From: Candidatus Omnitrophota bacterium
GTDB taxonomy: Bacteria > Omnitrophota > Omnitrophia > Omnitrophales > Aquincolibacteriaceae
Assembly: GCA_035368605.1 (NCBI GenBank)
Contig: DAOSLF010000003.1
Coordinates: 889-64,888 of the forward strand
DNA: 64,000 nt
Direction of reading: 5' to 3'
Position numbers and translations under genes: made by a program. Shown in pieces: positions 46,205-55,087 of this stretch. The notes under the pieces were generated by a model. The model was not told where the DNA came from. It was given only the letters and a program-made list of their open reading frames with translations, and searched no databases. Numbering within the stretch: position 1 is the first letter of the stretch; each line of letters begins with the position of its first letter.

Positions 46205-46915
46205 ATGAAATCCATGAAAAAGACACCTCAGATCACCAAGTCCCTTCTCAAGAAGTCATTCGGCCTGACGGTCAAAAAAGTCCCTCTTTACGAAGCCGCG
46301 CTGACACACCCTTCCTTCCGGCATGAAAACCAGATCAAGGCCAAACTCGAGGATTTCGACCGTCTGGAATTTCTCGGGGACTCGATCCTGAACGAAGTGA
46401 TCTGCCAGAGGATCTACGCGGATTTTCCGGACGCCGACGAGGGCATGCTTTCGAAGCTCCGGTCGATACTCGTTTCGCAGAAGATCCTCAGCCGCATCGC
46501 AGCAAAATTCAAGCTTCACAATCTGATCCGGCTCGGGAACAGCCTGGGCCAGGCCATGAAAACGCCGTATAAATTCAAACTGATGACAGACTCGATGGAA
46601 TCGATCTTTGCGGCGGTCTTTTTCGATCTCGGCCGGAAAAAAACGGAGGCATTCATCCTGAAACATTACGCGGAATATATCGACGCCAAACGGCTATTCC
46701 GCCTTGATCCCAACCCGAAGAGCACGCTCCAGGAACTGACGCTCAAGAAATGGCAGAAACTTCCCCAATACACCCACAAGTTCGGTCCGAAAGGCGTGAC
46801 TACGACAGTGTCCATAGACCGCCGGCGCAAGGCTTCGGGATTTCACAAGATCAAGAAGGAATCGGAGCTGAAGGCGGCACGGGCCCTTCTGAAACTTCTC
46901 CGGCAGGAACAATAA
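46205..46915 (+). CDS. rnc: Ribonuclease III
   Basis: AALTHPSF...ERLEFLGDSILN signature and a C-terminal dsRBD. The start is ATG 46205, or 46214 if the mRNA is leaderless. Confidence 0.9.
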   Translation: MKSMKKTPQITKSLLKKSFGLTVKKVPLYEAALTHPSFRHENQIKAKLEDFDRLEFLGDSILNEVICQRIYADFPDADEGMLSKLRSILVSQKILSRIAAKFKLHNLIRLGNSLGQAMKTPYKFKLMTDSMESIFAAVFFDLGRKKTEAFILKHYAEYIDAKRLFRLDPNPKSTLQELTLKKWQKLPQYTHKFGPKGVTTTVSIDRRRKASGFHKIKKESELKAARALLKLLRQEQ

Positions 46916-46958
46916 TGGGGTCAGTCACCGTTTCCCTAAAACGGTGACTGACCCCATT
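46914..46958. repeat. 45-nt perfect palindromic (REP-like) element copy 2, bidirectional terminator between rnc and asmA
   Basis: AATGGGGTCAGTCACCGTTT CCCTA AAACGGTGACTGACCCCATT. It overlaps the rnc TAA stop and ends 3 nt before the asmA TAG stop. It differs from copy 1 by a compensatory A-T to G-C pair. Confidence 0.85.
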
Positions 46959-46961
46959 ATT

Positions 46962-49445
46962 CTAATCCAGAACGAGTTCGAAAAGGAGAGCGCGGGCTTT
47001 TTTGTTCCGGATCTTTTCGACGAGTTCTTCGACTTGCGCGGGGTCCGGTTTGATTTCGGGAGCGGATAAGGGGCCCGTGACCAGCATCGTGATCGGCCCC
47101 AGATGGGCACGCGTTTCCCTCCGAAAGGTTCCAGCCATCTCCGGAAAAATCTCCGCGGCAAGGGTCGTCGGAAAAAAAACATCCCACCGGAAATTCGTCA
47201 GGCCATCGAAACCAAGCGTACCTTCCCCAGCCACGACATAATCGGAACCCCTGGTCAGGAAGTTATCCGTCATGACCTTGCCGTCGAACAGACTCCAATT
47301 GAAATCCAGTTCGCTGAACGCGCCCGGGTCTTTCAACCGTTCACGGATACCGGAGAAAGGCGTAATAGTCGCCACAGCGCCGGGCAGATCAATGAAATTG
47401 ACCCGGCCGTTCGAAAGAGTAAAACGACCCTTTCCGCCGAGCAAACCAGCCCAGTTGTCTTTCCCCCAGCCATTTCCATGCAATGAGAACTTCAGGGTAA
47501 GCGATCCCGTCATCGGCGGCTGTTCCTGGCCCGAGCGGGTCAGAAAGGATGCAAAGTCCAGCCCCTTGGCCTCGCCTTCACAAAGGTACCCGATCGGTTT
47601 GGCTGAAAGGTCCAGCGACCCCGCCAGATCCAGCATTCCGCCATAAACCTGGGCGTGGAACTTGGGAACATCCCATTGCCCGTCCGAATAAGCCAGTTCC
47701 GCCGAAAAATCCTTGAGCGTCTGCCCCGAGGGGAACAAGTCTCCGATCGAGGTCTTCACATGGTCGAGCACGTCCCTGCCGGAGGCGAGATCGGCCTTTT
47801 TCCGGAAAAGCGCCATGACCGCGTCCCAGAATTCTTCCACTCGCAATTCCCCCGAAGAAAGACGGGCCCAGACCGCACTCTTCACACCCGGCTGGGTGAC
47901 CTTCAGGTCCGCGACCAGAGCGCTCCCTCCGATCTCGAACTTCATCTCCCGCCCTTCGAGCATGAGCGGGCTGTAATCGAAGGAAAAATTCGCGTTCCCG
48001 ACGCCCTTGCCGTCCTTGCCCGTCAAAGCGCCGTTCTCGATCGTCACATGAAAGATCTGCTCGGTCTTGTCAAAATGCCGGAGGTCCCCTTTCCAGTTCG
48101 CAAGCAACTTGGCATCACCGCGGACCTGGTATCCCTGGAGGGCGGGAACGAATTTCTCCCAGCCCGTCATGGAGAATTTGTTGGTCAGGAGATTCAACTG
48201 GCCGATGGCCGTCGCCATATCAAGGTCGGTCAGGTTCCCTTTGAGCGACATCTCCTGGAACCGCACGGAGAAATCTCCCGAAAGCACCGATCCCTTTTGG
48301 ACAAGATAATCAAAGGTCACGAGGAACGGAACATCCTTTGGCTTCGCGAAATAATTCCCGTATGTAAGAAGCGCAGGGCCGAAATCGAGATTAAGGTGGA
48401 GCGAAAGATGATCGAGGGTTCCTTCCAGGCTCAGGTTCCATTGGCTCATCCCCGAAAAACCAATCTGGAGCGGGAGGGCGTTCTCGACTCCGGGCCAGCA
48501 GGTGACGAGCTTTTCAAGCGCCACTTCCCTGGATGTAAAAAAGAGGCTTGGAATCTCACCCGTCCCGAGCTTGACGGTGCCGTTCGACTCGACCACCCCG
48601 AACGGGAAACGGAAAGAGGATTGGCTGACGGTCAGTTCCTCTGCCGACGCATTCCAGGCGCCGGTGATGTCCATATCGAGATCAAAAGGTTCCGGAGCAT
48701 TCCATAGTTGGCCGTTCAAAACCTCATAACTCAGCCCCACGATCCGCCCGGTCCCCGAGAAATTCATCGCGGCAACCTCGGGCTGTTTTTTGACCTCAAA
48801 GGAACCGTCCAGGATACCGTTCTTGAAAGCAAAAAAACGTCCCGCCTCACCCGCCATTTTTCCGGGGTTCACAAGCGGAAGTCCCTTGAAATCGATCAAT
48901 AACCGGACATTCGTTTTATTCCAGTCCGGTTTTTCGACCGACGGAATGACCACATGGCCTTTGACGCCAAGCGCTTCGGCCCGGTCACCGACATCGCTGG
49001 TCATCTGGACCGGGATGGGAAGGTTCGGGCGGATCGCACCCATTTTCAGCGCGACGTTGCGGAACTGGAGCGGACCGAGCACCGGGAACCAGGGAATGCC
49101 GGCATCAGCCTGGCCGCCGAAGACACAGATGCCGGACGGCTCAACCCTGCCCCACGCCATCGGGATGATATTGAAATCAAAACGTATCGAATCCGCGCGG
49201 ATCGTCGCGGATCCGTCCGTGAACGTCAGGGAAGGTTTCAAGAGAGAAATGGCCGGCTGCGGAAGGAATTTGATCTCGATCCCGTCATGGGAGACGAGCC
49301 CGCCGGAGACATTCTGGATTTTCTGGATGAGATAATCCTGAACCCTGGGCGAGCGGAGGAGACGATCGGACTGGAACCAGACAAAAGCGGCAAAGGCGAC
49401 CGCGGCGAGGAAAAGTAACAGGAAAAAGCGTGCGCCTTTCTTCAT
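46962..49445 (-). CDS. AsmA-family outer-membrane biogenesis protein
   Basis: N-terminal anchor MKKGARFFLLLFLAAVAFAAFVW. AsmA-like N-terminal (IEIKFLPQPAISLLKPSLTF) and C-terminal (DGKVMTDNFLTRGSDYVVAGEGTLGFDG) regions. Confidence 0.7.
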   Translation of the reverse strand: MKKGARFFLLLFLAAVAFAAFVWFQSDRLLRSPRVQDYLIQKIQNVSGGLVSHDGIEIKFLPQPAISLLKPSLTFTDGSATIRADSIRFDFNIIPMAWGRVEPSGICVFGGQADAGIPWFPVLGPLQFRNVALKMGAIRPNLPIPVQMTSDVGDRAEALGVKGHVVIPSVEKPDWNKTNVRLLIDFKGLPLVNPGKMAGEAGRFFAFKNGILDGSFEVKKQPEVAAMNFSGTGRIVGLSYEVLNGQLWNAPEPFDLDMDITGAWNASAEELTVSQSSFRFPFGVVESNGTVKLGTGEIPSLFFTSREVALEKLVTCWPGVENALPLQIGFSGMSQWNLSLEGTLDHLSLHLNLDFGPALLTYGNYFAKPKDVPFLVTFDYLVQKGSVLSGDFSVRFQEMSLKGNLTDLDMATAIGQLNLLTNKFSMTGWEKFVPALQGYQVRGDAKLLANWKGDLRHFDKTEQIFHVTIENGALTGKDGKGVGNANFSFDYSPLMLEGREMKFEIGGSALVADLKVTQPGVKSAVWARLSSGELRVEEFWDAVMALFRKKADLASGRDVLDHVKTSIGDLFPSGQTLKDFSAELAYSDGQWDVPKFHAQVYGGMLDLAGSLDLSAKPIGYLCEGEAKGLDFASFLTRSGQEQPPMTGSLTLKFSLHGNGWGKDNWAGLLGGKGRFTLSNGRVNFIDLPGAVATITPFSGIRERLKDPGAFSELDFNWSLFDGKVMTDNFLTRGSDYVVAGEGTLGFDGLTNFRWDVFFPTTLAAEIFPEMAGTFRRETRAHLGPITMLVTGPLSAPEIKPDPAQVEELVEKIRNKKARALLFELVLD

Positions 49446-49499
49446 GCGGGCCGTCCTCGTATTAAATGACCGGTGACCTTCCGGAGCCAGCGACGGGCA

Positions 49500-49628
49500 T
49501 CAATAAGCGTTGCTGCTCATCTGGGACCCGCCGAGCGGCGAATAATTGTAATCCTGCAAAAACTGCTGGCAACCTGAACAGACCCATCCCAGCAGAACAA
49601 TCAGGGACAGGATCAGGAACTGACGCAT
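49500..49628 (-). CDS. Unlisted 42-aa lipoprotein-like small ORF coupled to rpsI
   Basis: The ATG overlaps the rpsI stop (TAATG). MRQFLILSLIVLLGWVCSGCQQFLQDYNYSPLGGSQMSSNAY has a hydrophobic signal-like N-terminus with Cys after SG. Confidence 0.35.
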   Translation of the reverse strand: MRQFLILSLIVLLGWVCSGCQQFLQDYNYSPLGGSQMSSNAY

Positions 49629-50020
49629 TAACGCTTCGTATACTGGAAGCGACGGCGAGCGCCTTTGCGGCCAGCCTTTTTGCGCTCTTTTTCGCGGGGG
49701 TCGCGAGTAAGATAACCACCCTGACGCAACGTCGAGCGGCTGTCGGCGTTCAGTTCAAGAAGCGCTCTGGCGATCCCGAGACGGACCGCACCCGCCTGGC
49801 CCGCCGTTCCGCCGCCATCAACACGGGCACGGATGCGGACCTGGCCGAGGAGGTTCACCGCCTTGAGCGGCTGCTCCACGACCATCTGCAAATTGGCGCG
49901 TTTGAGATATTTATCAGAATCCTGGCCGTTGATCTTGAACCCTTTCTGTCCGGGGAAAATCCAGACACGGGCGATCGCGGATTTTCTGCGGCCGGTCGCG
50001 TAAATGGGAGCTGTTGCCAT
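49628..50020 (-). CDS. rpsI: 30S ribosomal protein S9
   Basis: GRRKSAIARV...GGGTAGQAGAVRLGIARAL...RKKAGRKGARRRFQYTKR. Confidence 0.97.
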   Translation of the reverse strand: MATAPIYATGRRKSAIARVWIFPGQKGFKINGQDSDKYLKRANLQMVVEQPLKAVNLLGQVRIRARVDGGGTAGQAGAVRLGIARALLELNADSRSTLRQGGYLTRDPREKERKKAGRKGARRRFQYTKR

Positions 50021-50022
50021 CT

Positions 50023-50454
50023 TCAGGAAACCTCGATTTGAATCGGCTTTTGAGCCTTGTGGTTATAGTCAGGACCGGCGAACACGCGAAGACGTTTGGC
50101 CATCACATCCCCGTTCCGGGTCTTGGGAAGCATGCGGGTCACGGCCTTCGTGATAACATCGGCCGGCTTTTTCTCCATGAGCTCTTCGAGCGTCACTGAG
50201 TGAAAGCCGCCGGAATACCCGGACCAGCGGGTGTAGACCTTCTGTTCTTTTTTTTTGCCGGTCACGCGGATTTTCGCGGCATTGATCACGATGACCTGAT
50301 CGCCCGTAATCTGATCTTTCGCAAAGCAAGCCTTGCCTTTCCCGATCAGAAGGGACGCTGCCTTCGTGGCCAGACGCCCGAGGGTCTTCCCCGATGCGTC
50401 GATGAGATAAACCTTGCGGTTGATGTCCTTTTCCTTAGGAATAAACGTTTTCAT
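50023..50454 (-). CDS. rplM: 50S ribosomal protein L13
   Basis: KVYLIDASGKTLGRLATKAASLL..., full-length L13. Confidence 0.97.
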   Translation of the reverse strand: MKTFIPKEKDINRKVYLIDASGKTLGRLATKAASLLIGKGKACFAKDQITGDQVIVINAAKIRVTGKKKEQKVYTRWSGYSGGFHSVTLEELMEKKPADVITKAVTRMLPKTRNGDVMAKRLRVFAGPDYNHKAQKPIQIEVS

Positions 50455-50613
50455 AACTCTCTTCTCTTGAATGAATTGGCACCGCTTCTCCTGTTCTACA
50501 GGCTAGCGTCGCAACGCCATTTACCCATAAAATCACACGGAAAACAGTGTTAGGGAAAAATCACTACGGAGGAAATCTTCCCGCGACTCGAAGTGTCCCG
50601 AAAAAGTTCGCAG

Positions 50614-50642
50614 AGTATACCAAAGCACCCCTGCGGTGTCAA
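50614..50642 (-). promoter_or_regulatory. Sigma70 promoter of rplM-rpsI with a 5' leader of about 150 nt
   Basis: Minus strand: TTGACA (50642-50637), 17 nt, TATACT (50619-50614), with an A-rich UP-like tract upstream. Confidence 0.65.
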
Positions 50643-50713
50643 ACGTTTACCCTCTTTTTTTTATTGGACGGACCGGAAGACACGACCGCCAAAAACTCCC
50701 GGAAATATTCGCA

Positions 50714-50745
50714 AATGACCCCGAACCCGAAGGTCCGGGGTCATT
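50714..50745 (-). terminator. Stem-loop terminator candidate after the 1,380-aa gene
   Basis: AATGACCCCGAACC-CGAA-GGTCCGGGGTCATT (14-bp stem, one G-U) 30 nt past the stop. The U tract is poor. Confidence 0.5.
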
Positions 50746-50774
50746 CACAGCCGTCCCGTCCGAAGATCCCACCA

Positions 50775-53700
50775 TTACTGTTTAAAGGAAGCCCACTTCC
50801 TCGTGACCGGATCATAGCTTTTCAGCACGGATCTCCTTCCGGACTTAACCGTATAGATCTCTTTCAGGCCGGTAGCCGTCATGACGTAATAGAGCCCCGA
50901 GCGGTATCCCCTCCGGTCCTGCGAGCTCGGCTTCTCGGAAACCGCGCCCGTCGTAAGGTTCATGACCCGGACCTTGTTTCCTGAGATCGTCTGATACGCC
51001 AACGTCGCAAGCGACGGAACGGCGGTCCATCCCGCAGGGATGGGCCGCGGCACGATCTTGAGCGTGTTCATGTCGACCCAGGTCTGCGAGCCGTTCGTTT
51101 TGGTGATCACTGCGTTCATTCCTTCAAAAACAACCGACTTTGCCGCTCCGGAGACCCTCAGCTTTTGGGTCGCGTCCGCGATCTTTTGCACATAGATACT
51201 TCTCGGAGCAATGCCGTAGACCACGGTTGCGCCGTCAGGAGAAACGTCATAGACGCTGCTGACCGGAACCGTCGAATACCGCCCCCCTTTATAAACCTTG
51301 AATAGTACCTTCGACTCTCCTGTCTTCAGATCCAGCAGGATCAGCTTGCTATATCTATTCACGGTCTCGATCTTGAACGCGTAGTTCACGTTCGATGCCG
51401 CCCGAGTCCAGCCGGCGGGCAAAGGAGGATCCATCAACTGCAGCGTGTCGAGATCCACATACTTTGTTTCCACCGCTCCGCCCGAATGCGTGACCGTGCA
51501 GACCGCGACACTTCCCCGGTACTCCACAGCGGTTACGGCTCCCGAAAGCGTCATTTGCGCGGCAGTTCCCAGATTGATGATGAAGGTCTTGCTGTAATCC
51601 GCATCCCCGTTGCCGGTCGCGGAAACACCGACCGTCAGAACGGTCTTCCCGGAGGGCGTCCGGTACACATCGATCGTTCGATACGAACCCGACCCCGAAC
51701 TCCCGCCCGCCGCCTGGCTCGCCGGATAAAAAATCTTGACCGGCGTCAGAACCAGGTGCTCCGTCCCGGCGGAAGCATCATAGACAAACACTTCGTAGGT
51801 GTTGCTGTAGGTGATCTTCGTCGGAACAATGAGATACCCCTCATCCAGCACCGCATCCGCCTGCTCGAGAAGCGTGTGGTGAGACAAAGTGCTTGCGAGG
51901 GTCGTTTGATCCACCACATAAACATCCCCGATCCGGGTGCCGTTCCGGTAAGCCGTAGCCATTACCACCGAAACATTCCCGTCAGAGAGAAAACCGACGC
52001 TCTGGGGAATACCCGTGATGTCCGCATGTTTCGTGGCATCACCAACCTGCTGAACACGCAGCCAGCCCGTTGCCGGGGTGGCGTAATCGTTCCGCACGCC
52101 GAAATAAACCAGCTCGCCGCTCGGGGAAATGTCCATCGAGGTATAACTGTTCGGCGGCGATTGGAGAGAATAGAGTTCCCGGATCTCGCCGGTCCCGAGG
52201 TCCTGGATTTTTAATCTCGTGTAGTTGCCATGATTGTCCGGATTGATCCAATCCTCGGTCATAAACGCATAATTCGCATTACCCGCCGCCCGAGTCCAGC
52301 CGGCGGGCAAAGGAGGATCCATCAACTGCAGCGTGTCGAGATCCACATACTTTGTTTCCACCGCTCCGCCCGAATGCGTGACCGTGCAGACCGCGACACT
52401 TCCCCGGTACTCCACAGCGGTTACGGCTCCCGAAAGCGTCATTTGCGCGGCAGTTCCCAGATTGATGATGAAGGTCTTGCTGTAATCCGCATCCCCGTTG
52501 CCGGTCGCGGAAACACCGACCGTCAGAACGGTCTTCCCGGAGGGCGTCCGGTACACATCGATCGTTCGATACGAACCCGACCCCGAACTCCCGCCCGCCG
52601 CCTGGCTCGCCGGATAAAAAATCTTGACCGGCGTCAGAACCAGGTGCTCCGTCCCGGCGGAAGCATCATAGACAAACACTTCGTAGGTGTTGCTGTAGGT
52701 GATCTTCGTCGGAACAATGAGATACCCCTCATCCAGCACCGCATCCGCCTGCTCGAGAAGCGTGTGGTGAGACAAAGTGCTTGCGAGGGTCGTTTGATCC
52801 ACCACATAAACATCCCCGATCCGGGTGCCGTTCCGGTAAGCCGTAGCCATTACCACCGAAACATTCCCGTCAGAGAGAAAACCGACGCTCTGGGGAATAC
52901 CCGTGATGTCCGCATGTTTCGTGGCATCACCAACCTGCTGAACACGCAGCCAGCCCGTTGCCGGGGTGGCGTAATCGTTCCGCACGCCGAAATAAACCAG
53001 CTCGCCGCTCGGGGAAATGTCCATCGAGGTATAACTGTTCGGCGGCGATTGGAGAGAATAGAGTTCCCGGATCTCGCCGGTCCCGAGGTCCTGGATTTTT
53101 AATCTCGTGTAGTTGTTACGATTGTCCGGATTGATCCAATCCTCGGTCGCAAAAGCATAATTCGCATTACTCGCCGCTCGAGTCCAGCCCTGGGGGATTG
53201 CCGGGACATGATAAAGGTCCATCGTCCCCTGGAGGCCTATCCCCTCAATGATGACATAGATCGTTCGCACTTTCGAAAGATCGACCTGCTGGAACAGTGT
53301 CGCGGGAATCCGGTAAATGTTTTCCTCGCCGGATTCGATACCCGTCAAATGGACAAAAGCCTTCTGGTCATTTGCGTCCACAAATTCCAGTTTGATGGTT
53401 CCGGCGGTTCCCTTGAGCCCGAAAACAAACTCACTGAAACCGCTGAGGTCGTTCGTTTCAATCTCCGGAGTTCCGTAATGGTCGAACGTCAATCCCCCGC
53501 CAGCCCAACCGAATATGCCTGTGTTGTAGGTGAAAGAGCCCCCTCGGCCGTGCGCCGTCGCGGCGGCATTCGCATCCCCTCCATAAATCACCGTGATCAC
53601 CGGATTCCCGGGCAGGGGCGTCAGATTCTCGGAGGTCAGGAAAGTATCCGGGAGGATTTTCGGCTTGTAAGGATGTTCTCCCAACCGCACCTGGAGTTCC

Positions 53701-54917
53701 CCTGTCGGCTGCGAGACGCCATGGCTCTCCACGACCACGTTGATGTTCGTGATCCGGTGGAGGTCGAGCCCGGGATTGTTCGCGAGAAGTTCGCTCATCG
53801 GTATCGCGTAAAACTGCTCCGATGTTCCGACATCCGCCAGATGGACGACCCCCTTGTTCCGGGCCGCATCCTCAAATTCCACCTTGATCCGCCCGCTACC
53901 GCTCGACAGCCTGAGGCCCAGCACAAGGTTCGCCATTCCGGTCAAATCCCTGGACTCCACCGCCGGCGTCCTGTAATCATCGAATGACGTCACCCCCGCC
54001 GCCCAGCCGGCGCTCGGCGGCAGAGCGTAAGAGAGCGTGTAAAGCGATGAACTCTGCTGCGAAACCTCTCCAAAGGCGCCTTCGGGGCCCGCGACATCGA
54101 TCAGATGATGGATTCCGGAAAAAGTGCTCACGTCTGCCGGTGTCAGGGCCGGATTGGAAACGACCACCGGCGTATACGCCAAGCCCGCGGTCTCGATCTC
54201 GACCGTGCCGCTGGATCCCGCGTTCGCCTTATCCGCAACAAAAACGATCTCGCGAATCCGGGTCGCATCAAGCTGCGGGGAAAGCGTCTGGAGCGTGGTG
54301 GAAGAAATAACGTAATTTTTGAAATCGCTGGTGAGGGTGAGCGGAACAGTGGCCACATGATTCGAGACATCTTTGATCTCCAGCTTGAGCGTGGCGTCCG
54401 GGGTCCCTTTAGCCGCGACCGTCAGCCCGGAGGCTGAAAGATTCATCGGAGCCGACCCGGAGAGATAAACGAACGCGAAATCATCGCTGTCCAGGTTGCT
54501 GTATTGCATCTGGATGTTTCGGGAAGAGGTCTGATGGACCTGAAGAGTCCCGCTCACCACAGTTTCCCCGCTGCCGACGCCGGATCCGATCACCGGTCTG
54601 TCAGGCAACACGGTAATCCGGGAAGGATCATAGGCGGCCGTTGTGAAATTCTGCGTATCGCTTGCTGCCGACAAGGGGCTAACGCTTTGAGTAACAGAAC
54701 CGGAAGGAACGGCTTTCGTATCAGAAACCGTTTTTGAATTCGCCTCCGCAAGGGTCCTCGTCCGGATATGGTCGCGCCCGGTCAAATACCCATGGGCCGC
54801 GAAGGAAGTGGGCACAGGAATCCCGTTAAAAATAAAAAGGACGGTTACGAGATACGCAACCGTCCTTTGCATAAGTCCGTTTTTGACACCTCTAATTTCA
54901 TTTTTCTGTGCGTCCAT
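50775..54917 (-). CDS. Large modular surface/secreted protein (1,380 aa): three CBM-like modules of about 150 aa, then tandem PD40/beta-propeller-like modules of about 296 aa
   Basis: ATG 54917 with AAGGGGGTG SD. N-terminal hydrophobic segment VAYLVTVLFIFNGIPVPTSFAA. Repeated pattern D(L/F)(T/S)G..(L/F)V(F/L)GL...G.IK(L/V)EF.DA appears three times. DISPSGELVYFG and DVSPDGATVVYG are TolB-like PD40 motifs. Confidence 0.8.
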   Translation of the reverse strand: MDAQKNEIRGVKNGLMQRTVAYLVTVLFIFNGIPVPTSFAAHGYLTGRDHIRTRTLAEANSKTVSDTKAVPSGSVTQSVSPLSAASDTQNFTTAAYDPSRITVLPDRPVIGSGVGSGETVVSGTLQVHQTSSRNIQMQYSNLDSDDFAFVYLSGSAPMNLSASGLTVAAKGTPDATLKLEIKDVSNHVATVPLTLTSDFKNYVISSTTLQTLSPQLDATRIREIVFVADKANAGSSGTVEIETAGLAYTPVVVSNPALTPADVSTFSGIHHLIDVAGPEGAFGEVSQQSSSLYTLSYALPPSAGWAAGVTSFDDYRTPAVESRDLTGMANLVLGLRLSSGSGRIKVEFEDAARNKGVVHLADVGTSEQFYAIPMSELLANNPGLDLHRITNINVVVESHGVSQPTGELQVRLGEHPYKPKILPDTFLTSENLTPLPGNPVITVIYGGDANAAATAHGRGGSFTYNTGIFGWAGGGLTFDHYGTPEIETNDLSGFSEFVFGLKGTAGTIKLEFVDANDQKAFVHLTGIESGEENIYRIPATLFQQVDLSKVRTIYVIIEGIGLQGTMDLYHVPAIPQGWTRAASNANYAFATEDWINPDNRNNYTRLKIQDLGTGEIRELYSLQSPPNSYTSMDISPSGELVYFGVRNDYATPATGWLRVQQVGDATKHADITGIPQSVGFLSDGNVSVVMATAYRNGTRIGDVYVVDQTTLASTLSHHTLLEQADAVLDEGYLIVPTKITYSNTYEVFVYDASAGTEHLVLTPVKIFYPASQAAGGSSGSGSYRTIDVYRTPSGKTVLTVGVSATGNGDADYSKTFIINLGTAAQMTLSGAVTAVEYRGSVAVCTVTHSGGAVETKYVDLDTLQLMDPPLPAGWTRAAGNANYAFMTEDWINPDNHGNYTRLKIQDLGTGEIRELYSLQSPPNSYTSMDISPSGELVYFGVRNDYATPATGWLRVQQVGDATKHADITGIPQSVGFLSDGNVSVVMATAYRNGTRIGDVYVVDQTTLASTLSHHTLLEQADAVLDEGYLIVPTKITYSNTYEVFVYDASAGTEHLVLTPVKIFYPASQAAGGSSGSGSYRTIDVYRTPSGKTVLTVGVSATGNGDADYSKTFIINLGTAAQMTLSGAVTAVEYRGSVAVCTVTHSGGAVETKYVDLDTLQLMDPPLPAGWTRAASNVNYAFKIETVNRYSKLILLDLKTGESKVLFKVYKGGRYSTVPVSSVYDVSPDGATVVYGIAPRSIYVQKIADATQKLRVSGAAKSVVFEGMNAVITKTNGSQTWVDMNTLKIVPRPIPAGWTAVPSLATLAYQTISGNKVRVMNLTTGAVSEKPSSQDRRGYRSGLYYVMTATGLKEIYTVKSGRRSVLKSYDPVTRKWASFKQ
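51397..53172 (-). repeat. In-frame tandem direct duplication, 2 x 888 bp (296 aa)
   Basis: 51397-52227 is identical by eye to 52285-53115 (831 nt). The remaining 57 nt of each unit are about 85-90 percent identical. A diverged third module follows at about 50900-51396. Confidence 0.9.
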
Positions 54918-55021
54918 GACCGCACCCCCTTGTTTTCATTTTTTTATATCCTTAAAGCTCATCATTAAATTCTTTTTTAAATATCTTTAAAAGTATTCCA
55001 AAAAAACCGTCGGCAAGCCGA

Positions 55022-55049
55022 ATATTAACACATTTTAATCCAATGTCAA
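55022..55049 (-). promoter_or_regulatory. Putative promoter of the 1,380-aa surface protein gene
   Basis: Minus strand: TTGACA (55049-55044), 16 nt, TAATAT (55027-55022), in a 170-bp AT-rich spacer. Confidence 0.55.
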
Positions 55050-55087
55050 GGCGCGGATATTTCTTGCTATGAAAAACACCACTTCCG

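Noticed and set aside
50455-50774. tRNA or other RNA gene in the 320-nt spacer
   Set aside because: No cloverleaf or T-loop (GTTCRANYC) motif is seen. The region is explained by the rplM promoter, its leader and a terminator hairpin.
51397-53172. 888-bp direct repeats as an IS or mobile element
   Set aside because: The units are in-frame parts of one ORF. There is no transposase, terminal inverted repeats or target duplication.
54990-55020. Weak hairpin tcggcttgccga followed by a T run as a truA terminator
   Set aside because: The stem is only 4 bp, and it lies downstream of the putative promoter of the next gene. Not convincing.
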